This document shows positions 1-9,552 of a stretch of 64,000 bases of DNA, one piece after another. Both the position numbers and the translations under genes were made by a program. The notes under the pieces were generated by a model. It did no database searches, was not told the origin of the DNA, and saw only the letters and a list, made by a program, of their open reading frames with translations. Positions within the stretch are counted from its first letter, which is position 1. Every line of letters begins with the position of its first letter. This DNA comes from Candidatus Bathyarchaeota archaeon (GTDB taxonomy: Archaea > Thermoproteota > Bathyarchaeia > Bathyarchaeales > Bathycorpusculaceae), in contig CAWHXY010000004.1 in the NCBI GenBank assembly GCA_963833575.1, positions 928,001 to 992,000 on the forward strand, in the 5' to 3' direction.

Positions 1-1
1 G

Positions 2-1009
2 GTTAATAATGATTCAGGCTTTAACAATTCAACCCTTATCAGTCAAACTTTCATAACTGGGCTTCAGCAGATTAACAGCCAAACTCACATTCTCGTACTT
101 TCCAATGTTTCCAGCGTAACGGATATACGCGATATGATTAAAAAGGGGGAACTTGAAGGCGGAATCATTATTCCTAGTAATTTCTCTACAAGCTTGATGA
201 CTGGACAGCAAGGGACCCTTATAATTATTAGTGATGAGTCTAACCCGCAAGTATCAGCAGCACTTCAGGGTGAATTGAAAACTGTGTTCGATGACATGGG
301 TACCGCCTTGGCACAGCAAAGAGTTCTGCCTCTTAATGCAACAAACACTTTAGCAGTCGTTCAACCTTATAACGTTCAAACTCAAGGTGTCGTCCCAGGT
401 AACCCAAGCTATTTTAGCTTTGTAGCTCCAGGAATAATGGCTCTGACTGTTACGATGAGTGTTATGACGGGGCTGCCGGTTGCTATCTCGGAGGAGAAAG
501 AGCTTGGCACGATGGACGGCATATTGGTAGCGCCAGTCAAAAGGCTCTCCATAATCTTCGGTAAAGCACTTGGACAAACTGCAAGAGGAATGATTCAAGG
601 AACCATTGTACTCCTATTGGCTGTGGGCTTGTTTGGAGTAACAATACAAGGAAACATACTCCTCGTATTTGCGCTGCTCATACTGGGAGTGTACGCCTTC
701 GTCGGCTTAGGTATTGTGATAACCTCAATTGCAAAAGATCAACAAACCGCGTTGATGCTGCTGATGACAATAAGTTTTCCAATGATGTTCCTCAGCGGTG
801 TCTTCTTCCCCATCCAGCAAATGCCATGGTACATGCAAGACATCTCAAAGGTACTCCCACTTACCTACGAGGCGCAAGCCCTCAGGCAAGTCATGGTGCT
901 AGGAGCAGGAATATCCGACATAACCACTCAACTATTGGTACTAATAATTTTCGGAACAGTTATGATGGCTGTTGCAGTGCCAGTGTTTAGAAGACTGATG
1001 ACCAGATAA
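2..1009 (+). CDS. ABC-2 type transporter permease (5' truncated by the window edge)
   Basis: Frame is open from nt 2 (VNNDSGFNNS...). Contains EKELGTMDGILVAP and FLSGVFFPIQQMPWYMQ...LPLTY, typical of ABC-2 permeases, and several C-terminal TM segments. Confidence 0.9.
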   Translation, partial: VNNDSGFNNSTLISQTFITGLQQINSQTHILVLSNVSSVTDIRDMIKKGELEGGIIIPSNFSTSLMTGQQGTLIIISDESNPQVSAALQGELKTVFDDMGTALAQQRVLPLNATNTLAVVQPYNVQTQGVVPGNPSYFSFVAPGIMALTVTMSVMTGLPVAISEEKELGTMDGILVAPVKRLSIIFGKALGQTARGMIQGTIVLLLAVGLFGVTIQGNILLVFALLILGVYAFVGLGIVITSIAKDQQTALMLLMTISFPMMFLSGVFFPIQQMPWYMQDISKVLPLTYEAQALRQVMVLGAGISDITTQLLVLIIFGTVMMAVAVPVFRRLMTR

Positions 1010-1650
1010 CAGCAACTGAAGAGGAAAACTTTAGTGTGTGTCCGCGAGAAATGTTGATGAAGCAGAGGTATGTCAATAGTCAGGAAGCTTTTTTGCGGAA
1101 AGCGAACGACGATGGGCTATTCCACTTCATAAAATCACATGCTTAAGAATTAATCATCTTTTTCTTGCGGAATCCTTTTGAGTTTTACTCATGCTTTGGT
1201 CCTTAAGTAGTTTTGCTCTTTTTCTTACTCTTTGACAGTAACTGTTGTAGCATCTTTATTAGAGGGGTTCGCTAAAGTTTTGACTATATTCGACGGGCAT
1301 AAAAAATAAGAGTGTTAAGACGGCTTCGATCGCTGTCACTGCTAGGTTCTAGATCCACTTTTCTACGCCAGTGTGAATTGTAAAATCATTAACTGGTTCA
1401 AGCCCTTGTTTTGTCCCTTAAAACGCATTATCTTTTCATACACCAAACTGAAAACCTCAACATTATTTTAGAGAGCGACCGATTGATAATTTTTCAGGAT
1501 AAGACCAAATACAATTTTTCTATATCTTTGTTTTTTTCCATGCTTCGTTACCGATGTTAACGCGTACACACTATTGTATTCTAGTACACATACTCGTCAA
1601 ATAAAACTAATGGGGATTAGCGAGCTACTTGTATTCCGAAGGAAATAAAT

Positions 1651-1905
1651 ATGGCGAATGAAAACAAACCAATAGAAAAAGAACGCTCATTCTCTGTCGA
1701 ACTAAAATCAAAAGCCAACCTCAAGAACATAACCTTAAACAATGACGCCCAGGAAAATGCCTTCATCGAAGGCACAATAGGCAAACTGGAACACGCCGAA
1801 TTCGTCGAAGACGCGGTTTTGGAAGTTCAAGGAATAAAGGGTGTTTTAAGAATTGACATCAGCGAAAACGAAATAAAAAGAAAAAAAGCGAATGCTCAAA
1901 GATAA
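1651..1905 (+). CDS. Hypothetical protein, 84 aa
   Basis: ATG preceded by GAAGGA; natural-looking composition; same strand as the downstream genes. Confidence 0.75.
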   Translation: MANENKPIEKERSFSVELKSKANLKNITLNNDAQENAFIEGTIGKLEHAEFVEDAVLEVQGIKGVLRIDISENEIKRKKANAQR

Positions 1906-1931
1906 TGCAGCAAAAAAGGAGGTGAATTAAC

Positions 1932-2720
1932 ATGGAAAGAATGTTGGTAGTAGTTTTTGAAAACGAGTTAAAAGCATATGATGGATCTAGAGCGTTATCA
2001 GACCTTGAATCCGAAGGCAGTATTTCAATTCATGCCAAAGCAGTAATAAAGAAAAATGATGACGGCACGTCTACAATAAAGCAGGAGGGTGATGATTTCC
2101 CGATTAAAACAATTGGTGGAACGGCAATCGGTGCTCTCATTGGACTCTTAGGCGGACCAATTGGCGTCGCCATTGGCGCTGTAGGCGGAACTTTTGTTGG
2201 AAGCGTTTGGGACATGAGTCGAGCAGGAGTAAACGCGGAGTTCCTAGACGACGTATCTGCTAAACTTACACCTGGCAAATGGGCAATAGTTTCAGATGTC
2301 AGCGAAGAATGGATCACCCCTGTCGATACACGAATGGAAGCACTAGGCGGCACTGTAATTCGCACTGCCAGAGAAAACGTTGAACACGAACAGTATGCAA
2401 AAGATGTTGCAGCTATCAAAGCAGACATTGCTCAATTAAAAGCAGAGCAAGCCAAATCCCGGGCAGAACACAAAGACAAGCTTCAAACAAAAATTGACAA
2501 CTTGAACAAGAAACTGTGTTCTAAATTAGAGAAGGCAAAGCAGAGGTCCGAGCAGCAAGAAGAAGAAGCCAAAGCCAAAGTGGAAGCTCTAGAAAAGAAG
2601 GCAGCAAAAGCAAAGGGTGAAGCAAAAGTGACCATTGAAGCGAGAATTGCTGAAATCAAAAAGAACGCAAAAGAATCCAAAGAAAGAACTAAACAACTAC
2701 TGGAGGTAGGACAGTTATGA
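1932..2720 (+). CDS. DUF1269-like membrane protein with glycine zipper and C-terminal coiled coil
   Basis: Strong SD GGAGGTGA; GGTAIGALIGLLGGPIGVAIGAVGG glycine zipper; K/E/A-rich coiled-coil tail. Confidence 0.8.
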   Translation: MERMLVVVFENELKAYDGSRALSDLESEGSISIHAKAVIKKNDDGTSTIKQEGDDFPIKTIGGTAIGALIGLLGGPIGVAIGAVGGTFVGSVWDMSRAGVNAEFLDDVSAKLTPGKWAIVSDVSEEWITPVDTRMEALGGTVIRTARENVEHEQYAKDVAAIKADIAQLKAEQAKSRAEHKDKLQTKIDNLNKKLCSKLEKAKQRSEQQEEEAKAKVEALEKKAAKAKGEAKVTIEARIAEIKKNAKESKERTKQLLEVGQL

Positions 2721-3301
2721 ATCTACTAAAGCAACCTAGTTGGCTCCGCGCCTTAGAAATATCAACTGGTTTATTGTCAATGCTTTTAGGCGTTCTAGTG
2801 CTTATCTTTCCTAACTGGGGCATTTCAACGCTTGTCATTCTACTGTCGTTCGGCATTTTCTTTTCTGCGATCAGGTCTATCTCTCTGGTAGGCTTTAGCG
2901 GCCTCTCTAAAGGGTTGAGGGCAATCAGCGTCATAGCAGGAATTATATCTTTGATATTTGCAGTGCTGGTCTTAATCTTTCCAGGTTTCGCCATTCTAAC
3001 TCTGCTGATCCTAGTTTCGACAGCTCTTCTAGTATATGGAGTTGGCAGAATATTCGTAGCCTACACGCTTAAGGCGACGGCTAGCTGGATCAAAGGTATG
3101 ATGGTAGCCGTAGGCATCGTCGATGTCATTCTATCGTTCGTCGTGTTCGTTCTCCCAGGTCTCGCGGTGCTAATGGTTGCTGTAATTCTCGCGTTGGCGT
3201 TGCTCGTTAGCGGAGCCGAGATGATAGTCTCCGGAGCGGTTGGTCGCACATGGCTTGGAGATATAGTAAAAGCCGCGAAAGACGAATTGGATGTGAAATA
3301 G
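2717..3301 (+). CDS. HdeD/DUF308-family membrane protein
   Basis: About 6 TM segments in repeated hairpins (GVLVLIFP, AVLVLIFP, VVFVLP); ATGA overlap with the upstream gene. Confidence 0.8.
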   Translation: MNLLKQPSWLRALEISTGLLSMLLGVLVLIFPNWGISTLVILLSFGIFFSAIRSISLVGFSGLSKGLRAISVIAGIISLIFAVLVLIFPGFAILTLLILVSTALLVYGVGRIFVAYTLKATASWIKGMMVAVGIVDVILSFVVFVLPGLAVLMVAVILALALLVSGAEMIVSGAVGRTWLGDIVKAAKDELDVK

Positions 3302-3410
3302 GTGCTAGTAGCGATGTCAAGAAAGACTGAAGCCCCAAGAAAACAAGCTTCTTGGGTCCACCTTTTCTTTGAAGTTAAACGTGATAAGATATCGAATTGG
3401 AGTGACCATT

Positions 3411-4091
3411 ATGCGGACTCGAGTTTCAAACTTAACTGAAATAACCAATAACTATATTCAGAAAGTATATCTCTGGATGTTCATAGGTCTAATAATAACC
3501 AGCGTCACTGCCTTCTTTATTTCGCAGGATCCAGACCTATACAACGTGATATTGGGCAATGACATTGTCTTTTATGGCATATTAATTGCACAGTTTTTAG
3601 CTGCCATTAGCATAGTTGCTTTTATAAAGAGAATACCGGATAATCTTGCAGAAATAACATTTGGAGTGTACTGCTTTCTCACTGGGCTTACCCTTTCAGC
3701 AATCTTTCTGGAGTTTTCGATAAGCTCAATTGCTTATGTAGTCATGATTACGGCGGCTATGTTCGGCTTTATGAGCCTTTACGGTTACGTAACAAAGACA
3801 GACCTAACTTCGCTGGGCAACATCGCGTTAATGGCCTTATTCGGTATTATTCTAGCATTAATCGTGAACTTATTTATTGGAAATTCGGTTCTTGACACAA
3901 TTCTTAGTATTTTTGGTGTTATCGTTTTTTCGGCTCTTACAGCTTATGACACGCAAAACATTAAGAACACTATATATGATGATGGCGATCTTATAAAGAA
4001 AGAAATACTAGGTGCCCTCAATCTCTACTTGGATTTCGTGAATATCTTCTTGGACTTGATCAAATTGTTAGGAAAAAGGAGAGACGACTAA
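3411..4091 (+). CDS. Bax inhibitor-1/YccA-family membrane protein
   Basis: KVYLWM, GYVTKTDLTSLG, TAYDTQNIK and GALNLYLDFVNIF motifs; start moved to ATG 3411, which follows GGAGTGA. Confidence 0.92.
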   Translation: MRTRVSNLTEITNNYIQKVYLWMFIGLIITSVTAFFISQDPDLYNVILGNDIVFYGILIAQFLAAISIVAFIKRIPDNLAEITFGVYCFLTGLTLSAIFLEFSISSIAYVVMITAAMFGFMSLYGYVTKTDLTSLGNIALMALFGIILALIVNLFIGNSVLDTILSIFGVIVFSALTAYDTQNIKNTIYDDGDLIKKEILGALNLYLDFVNIFLDLIKLLGKRRDD

Positions 4092-4348
4092 AAATATTGT
4101 TGGAAAAAAAACAGTTTGCTTAAGACTGGCTTCCAAATGCTTCGTAATAAGCTCGCGAGTGGAATCCTAGCACCAATTTGCTGACAAAATGATGCTTCGG
4201 ATCAGTATCTGGTCGATCGAACCACTTTTGGTGCTTAGTCGGCACAATTAGCCTTGGAGCTAGAATCATGCTCTTTAGAAGGAAAGTTTCCTAAAAAGAC
4301 CTCCAACCACCATTTTTAGGGTTTTTTGAACCCATTCATCTGTTATGC

Positions 4349-4636
4349 GTGCTTCAACTTAAGAACAGTGATAATGCAACGATTACCGATGTCTCAAAAG
4401 CCATTGTTGATCATTTCAGCAACCAAGTCTCCGTAACATCTTCTACTGCAGTATTCAGCACGATAAATAGTATCTTTAGTTTATTGCAATTGTTTTTAGT
4501 CGACATAGCCGCCATCTCGCTGCTTGTCGCAGGCATCGGAATTATGAACATAATGATAGTCTCATTGATTGAACGTACACGTGAAATTGGTATCCTCAAA
4601 GCTAAGCTTGGATGTTACCTCAAAAGTAACATATGA
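4349..4636 (+). pseudogene. Internal fragment of a MacB/FtsX-family ABC permease
   Basis: [33 protein letters not shown] signature present, but the N-terminus and the remaining C-terminal TMs are missing. Confidence 0.8.
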
Positions 4637-4687
4637 TTTAAGAGGGATAAGTTAACTTCAAAACAATAGTTTATGGAGCATTCCGAC

Positions 4688-4804
4688 ATGAAAAAGAGCG
4701 AGATTTTGGATTTCATCAATAGGAATCCTGTGGCATACATGGGAACTGTGGACGGCAACAAACCGCATGTGATTTTTTTTGGATCATACAATTGTGCATT
4801 TTGA
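4688..4804 (+). pseudogene. N-terminal fragment of a pyridoxamine-5'-phosphate oxidase-like (split-barrel flavoprotein) gene
   Basis: Hand translation MKKSEILDFINRNPVAYMGTVDGNKPHV, preceded by GGAG; similarity breaks at a T8 run overlapping the next gene's start. Confidence 0.55.
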
Positions 4805-5177
4805 AATCCCAGCCAACGACGCAGAAAAGCTAAAAGAATTCTATGGTGAGTTGTTTGGCTGGACAATAGAAAAATACCCTGGACCAACCGAATATTATTT
4901 GTTAGGAACAGTTCCTGTCGATGAAAGAACGATGATGCCGATTCGTCTTGGAGTTAATGGCGGGCTATATTTGAGAAAGGATTCCGCGGTGCCTGATATG
5001 GCTAAGCCAACAAACTACATTTCGGTTGAATCAGTCGAAGAATACAGCAAAAAGATTGGAGCTTTAGGTGGCAAAATTGTTGTGCCTAAAATGGAGATTC
5101 CGGGTTTAGGCTGGTGGGCACTGGCGCTAGACCTCGAAGGCAACCGCTTCGGCATACTTGAATACAAGCAAAAATAA
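4779..5177 (+). CDS. VOC/glyoxalase-family protein
   Basis: HFEIPA...FYGELFGW, NGGL, GGKIVVPKMEIPGLGW, DLEGNRFGI. Confidence 0.9.
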   Translation: MDHTIVHFEIPANDAEKLKEFYGELFGWTIEKYPGPTEYYLLGTVPVDERTMMPIRLGVNGGLYLRKDSAVPDMAKPTNYISVESVEEYSKKIGALGGKIVVPKMEIPGLGWWALALDLEGNRFGILEYKQK

Positions 5178-5240
5178 CGCCAAATCTTTCTTTTTAAGAA
5201 AAAGAGCTACAAAAACATTGAACCACAAATAGCCTAAGCC

Positions 5241-5302
5241 CTTAGAAACGCAAGACAACGGCAATCAACGCGGAATAACGCAGAAACACGCGAAAACACG
5301 CA
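5241..5302. repeat. Degenerate 10-bp tandem array (six phased ACG cores between A-rich spacers)
   Basis: cttagaaACG caagacaACG gcaatcaACG cggaataACG cagaaacACG cgaaaacACG: ACG recurs at exactly 10-nt intervals. Confidence 0.7.
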
Positions 5303-5547
5303 ACCTGCAAACAAAACAAACCCCGAATCAAAAAAACAATCTAAAACACAAAGAACAAGATCTACTCTAATTCCCCCCGATATTTTTGACCATAGGTCTG
5401 TTTCTTCTTGACCAAAAGCTCAACTTGAATATGCGTGAAGTTTGGGGTGCATTATGTCAAAAATCCCATGGTTTTATCTAAAATTTGTACATAAAGCTGA
5501 TAAACCCCTTCTGCAAGTACATGGATTATCACGCGGGAAGGGACCAA

Positions 5548-7029
5548 ATGGGCTGTGGTATCTTTGGCGCTATAAACTATGAAAATCAACCTGTGTTTCC
5601 ATATGTTTACTGGGGGTTACGCGCTCAAAATCATCGAGGGCATCAATCGCACGGGTTTCTTACTTTTAGTGATAAAGAATTTTTTACGTATAAAAATTTA
5701 GATTTAGTTCCTAAAGTGAAAAATGATGCCATAAAAGAATGGTTTGGTCGTCTTCCAGGATCAATAGGTATTGGCAACGTACGATATACAACGTCAGGCA
5801 AATGTGATGACGTCTCCATAATTGAGGGTACACAGCCAGTTGTGGCTTCGGTAAATGGCATAAAACTTGCTCTTTCATTTAACGGCAACATTGTTAACAC
5901 TTTGCCGCTGAGAAAAGAAATGTTTGCAAATTTCCCAGACTTTACCTACAGCTGCGATTCAGACATCGTATGCAACAAAATGCTACTAGCCCTAAAACAA
6001 GGCAAAGACCTGCCGTCTGCAGCTAAAATTGTTATGGAAAGTCTAGATGGGGCATTTAGCGTAACAGGTATAACTGGAGAAGGCGACTTTTTCGCTTTCA
6101 AAGATCCACACGGAATAAAACCCTTGTGTGCAGGTCATGACCCAGCAGGCAAAACCTACGCTTTCTCCTCTGAAACCGTAAGTTTAGACATGAACAGTTT
6201 TGTAAGAGACTTTGAATTAAAACCAGGCGAACTAGTAACCGTTTCACAAGACGGATTCAAACGCACCCAACTTATAGAAAACCCGCGCCCAGCATTTTGC
6301 GCCTTCGAATATGCCTATTTTGCGAGACCTGACTCAAGATTTAACGGAAAATACGTTTATGAAATCCGAGAAGACTTCGGAAGAAACATAGTAAAAGAAA
6401 ACCCTCAAATTGTAAAAGAAAGCGACATCATTCTTTCAGTGCCTGAAACCGGCGATGACTCAGCAATGGGCGTCCACGAAGCGTCTGGTTTAAGATGGGA
6501 ACGCGCGTCAAGACGGCACCGCTATGTTACTGAAAGAGCTTTCATACTTCTAAACGTCGAACGCTTTTCCACCATTGATAAGAAAATTAATATTTTAGGC
6601 TCAAAAGTAGATGGAAAACGAGTTATCATCACCGAAGACAGCATAGTCAGAGGAGACACAACCAAAGTAATCATTGATAAACTTCGCAAAGCAGGAGCCA
6701 AAAGTGTTTACGTATTCGTTACTTTCCCACGCATCATTGGCCCATGCTTCTACGGCATCGACATGTCAACCTACGGTCAACTTGTCGGCTCACGGCATGA
6801 TGCAGAAGGAATCGCAAAAATCATAGGTGCAGACGGCGTATGCTACCAATCCATTGAAGCATTAATAGGAGCCACGGGTCAAACAAAAGATCAACTCTGC
6901 CTAGCCTGCATAAACGGAGAATACCCAACGCCATGTGCACAAAAAATGGCGGACGTAATGAAACAAAGATTTGTGAATGGGTATCAAGAAACAACAAGAA
7001 TTTATGAGTCTGAAGAAGTGCAGCCATAA
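5548..7029 (+). CDS. purF: Amidophosphoribosyltransferase, Fe-S type
   Basis: CGIFG Ntn nucleophile, NHRGHQS, GNVRYTTSG, FNGNIVN, CAFEYAYFARPDS, EDSIVRGDT, PCFYGIDM, CLAC. ATG 5548 follows GGAAGGGA; ATG 5521 is an alternative. Confidence 0.96.
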   Translation: MGCGIFGAINYENQPVFPYVYWGLRAQNHRGHQSHGFLTFSDKEFFTYKNLDLVPKVKNDAIKEWFGRLPGSIGIGNVRYTTSGKCDDVSIIEGTQPVVASVNGIKLALSFNGNIVNTLPLRKEMFANFPDFTYSCDSDIVCNKMLLALKQGKDLPSAAKIVMESLDGAFSVTGITGEGDFFAFKDPHGIKPLCAGHDPAGKTYAFSSETVSLDMNSFVRDFELKPGELVTVSQDGFKRTQLIENPRPAFCAFEYAYFARPDSRFNGKYVYEIREDFGRNIVKENPQIVKESDIILSVPETGDDSAMGVHEASGLRWERASRRHRYVTERAFILLNVERFSTIDKKINILGSKVDGKRVIITEDSIVRGDTTKVIIDKLRKAGAKSVYVFVTFPRIIGPCFYGIDMSTYGQLVGSRHDAEGIAKIIGADGVCYQSIEALIGATGQTKDQLCLACINGEYPTPCAQKMADVMKQRFVNGYQETTRIYESEEVQP

Positions 7030-7093
7030 CTGCGGTCGCAAAGCAAATTAAGTGACCCCTTCTATTTTGTCTTAGCGGAAAGGTGTATCTTTA

Positions 7094-8509
7094 ATGGAAA
7101 AAATTGGTGTGCTGGTTGTTTCTTATGGTGCAAGAGAAGTCGCTATGGTTGACGCACTTCTACAAAGCAAAAAATATCAAGTGGAACTCTACATCGCCGA
7201 CAAACAACGAAATCCTTTCAACGCTGAAAAAGCCACCAAACACGTTGTCATTCCAAATCTAGATGTTGAAGAAATCTGCAAATTCGCGCAGGCAAACAGG
7301 GACAAAATAAGTTTTGCGTTAGTCGGATCAGAAAAACCCATTATTGAAGGTATCCGCGACCAAGTAGAAAAACGCACTGGCATACCTGTTATTTGTCCAA
7401 AGCAACAATACGCTATCGAAGTCAGCAAGGTAGAGCAGCGAGTGCTTTTTGACGAAATCGCGCCAGAAGCTAATCCACGCTTCAAAGTTTTCAATCCATC
7501 CGATTACAAAGATGGTTCAGACGTTAAAACAGACGTTTACCATTGGCTAGATGAACTAGATAACCAAGCTGCAGTCAAGCCCGATAAGCCTGCATTGGGT
7601 AAAGGTGTCGGTGTCTGGGGAGATCACTTTGCCAATAGGGAACAACTTTTTGAGCATTTCATGTCTAACTTTCATTATGGCTCAGTTATCATAGAAGAAA
7701 AAATTGATGGCGAAGAATCAAGTTTCATGGCTTTCTGCGACGGTAAACACTTTTCGCCACTTCCAGATACACGTGACTACAAGCGCGCCTTGGACGATGA
7801 CAAAGGACCAAATACTGGCGGAATGGGCTCTTACAAAGATTCTGGCGACAAATTACCATTTTTAACCGCGATGGAACGCGAACAAGAGCTTTTGTTGGCT
7901 AACAAGATTTTCACGGGTTGGAGCTACAAAATCGAAGATGACTCAGCTCTCAGAGGCGTGCCGCTTTATCTTGCTTTTATGCATACTGGTAAAGGAATTA
8001 AAGTTCTTGAGAACAATAGTCGTCCTGGTGACCCAGAAATAATTAATCTTCTTGCTTTAATCAAAGGTGACTTTGTTGATTTATGTTTCAGGATGATTGA
8101 AGGAAGCTTGGGGATTGTTGAGTTGGAAAAGGCTTCTTCTGTTTTAACTTACAAAGTTCCGCCTGATTACGGTGGCTACGCAGACGTATTTCCAAACCAA
8201 GTGGATCAAGCATCTCTTAACTCGCCAGTTGACCTTTCAAAAGCTTATGCATTAACCAAAAAATATGGCAATAAAATCCGAGTTTACCCTGGCTCAATGG
8301 AAGTTAGATACGGCAAAAACTATGCTTTAAAATCCCGTGCAGTTGGAATTTTAGGCATTGGCGACAGCATTGAGGAAGCACGACAAATCAGCCAAGAAGG
8401 TGCTACGGCAATCACGGGCGGCGGCCTATGGAATCGAACAGATATTGCTACAAAGCAGCATATTGCCAAAGCAGTTAGTCACATGGAAAATTTGAGGTGT
8501 AGAGCATGA
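7094..8509 (+). CDS. purD: Phosphoribosylamine-glycine ligase (divergent archaeal type)
   Basis: GKGV, IEEKIDGEESS, DYKRALDDDKGPNTGGMGSY, ENNSRPGDPE. Confidence 0.93.
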   Translation: MEKIGVLVVSYGAREVAMVDALLQSKKYQVELYIADKQRNPFNAEKATKHVVIPNLDVEEICKFAQANRDKISFALVGSEKPIIEGIRDQVEKRTGIPVICPKQQYAIEVSKVEQRVLFDEIAPEANPRFKVFNPSDYKDGSDVKTDVYHWLDELDNQAAVKPDKPALGKGVGVWGDHFANREQLFEHFMSNFHYGSVIIEEKIDGEESSFMAFCDGKHFSPLPDTRDYKRALDDDKGPNTGGMGSYKDSGDKLPFLTAMEREQELLLANKIFTGWSYKIEDDSALRGVPLYLAFMHTGKGIKVLENNSRPGDPEIINLLALIKGDFVDLCFRMIEGSLGIVELEKASSVLTYKVPPDYGGYADVFPNQVDQASLNSPVDLSKAYALTKKYGNKIRVYPGSMEVRYGKNYALKSRAVGILGIGDSIEEARQISQEGATAITGGGLWNRTDIATKQHIAKAVSHMENLRCRA

Positions 8510-9552
8510 AACGTGTTTTTATATCTGATTGTGAAGGGCCAATCTCAAAAAATGATAATGCTTTCGAGTTAGCGTCACATTTTATTCCAAACGGAGACAA
8601 ACTTTTCGCTAACATAAGCAAGTACGACGATGTGCTGGCGGATGTTCTGCAGAAACCAGATTACTCAGCGGGCAGCACATTGAAGCTAATTTTGCCATTC
8701 TTCAAAGCATACGATATCACGGACAAACAGATGGAAGACTTTTCAGAAAAAAACATTGTTTTAGTTGCTAACAGCAAAAACACTCTACGCCATTTACAAG
8801 CTATAGCTAATGCTTTCATCATTAGCACCAGCTATGAACATTACATCAAAGCTTTATGTAAAACACTCAATTTTCCATACAAAAACACGTATTGCACCAA
8901 AATATGCCTAGACAAATACGCTATTACATCAAGAGAAAAGGAACGCCTAAAACAAATTGCGCATGAAATCTCCAAGATGCGCTTAATCGATATACCTCAA
9001 GGAGCAAAATCAGTAAATGCCTTTTCAAACAGCGAACAAGCGATAATTCAGCGTTTAGACGAAATTTTCTGGAATGAAATACCCAAAATGACCGTTGGCA
9101 AAGTAATGACCGATGTGGTTACCGTAGGGGGGAAACAAAAAGCCGAAGCAATTCGTGATGCAGTTAAACGCGTAGGTGCAAGCTTAGAGGATGTAATGTA
9201 TGTGGGAGATAGCATAACCGACGTCGAAGCCTTCAAGCTGGTTCGAACCAACGGCGGCTTAACAGTCTCTTTCAATGGTAACAGTTATGCCGTTAAGAAT
9301 GCTGAAGTAGCGATCTTATCTGAAAACAATGTTGTTACTGGCGTGATTGCTGATTTGTTCTGCAGGTTTGGAAAAGAAAAAACAATCAACACCCTCCGAT
9401 CTTGGGGATTTGAGGCGCTTGAAAACAGCGGCGCAATTGATGTTTCGCCTAAAGCAAAATTAGTAACACCCCAAAATATGGAAATGTTGGTAAAAGAAAG
9501 TAGCGAATTTAGAAAAAATGTGCGCGGCGTAGCCATCGGGAGACTCGGATAA
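8506..9552 (+). CDS. HAD-superfamily hydrolase, EhaR/COG4030-like
   Basis: Motif I FISDCEGP, motif II IISTS, motif III Lys (GKQKAEA), motif IV YVGDSITD, FNGN. The N-terminus DCEGPISKNDNAFEL recalls proteins annotated as Eha subunit R. Confidence 0.82.
   Translation: MKRVFISDCEGPISKNDNAFELASHFIPNGDKLFANISKYDDVLADVLQKPDYSAGSTLKLILPFFKAYDITDKQMEDFSEKNIVLVANSKNTLRHLQAIANAFIISTSYEHYIKALCKTLNFPYKNTYCTKICLDKYAITSREKERLKQIAHEISKMRLIDIPQGAKSVNAFSNSEQAIIQRLDEIFWNEIPKMTVGKVMTDVVTVGGKQKAEAIRDAVKRVGASLEDVMYVGDSITDVEAFKLVRTNGGLTVSFNGNSYAVKNAEVAILSENNVVTGVIADLFCRFGKEKTINTLRSWGFEALENSGAIDVSPKAKLVTPQNMEMLVKESSEFRKNVRGVAIGRLG

Noticed and set aside
1010-1650. 640-nt ORF-free gap, and similar gaps at 30370-30790 and 38670-39260
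   Set aside because: No convincing RNA structure, repeat or protein relic found by eye; a translated search could still reveal decayed genes.
5241-5302. Periodic arrays or the four-copy repeat as CRISPR
   Set aside because: No identical 24-47 nt repeats with unique spacers, and no cas genes.
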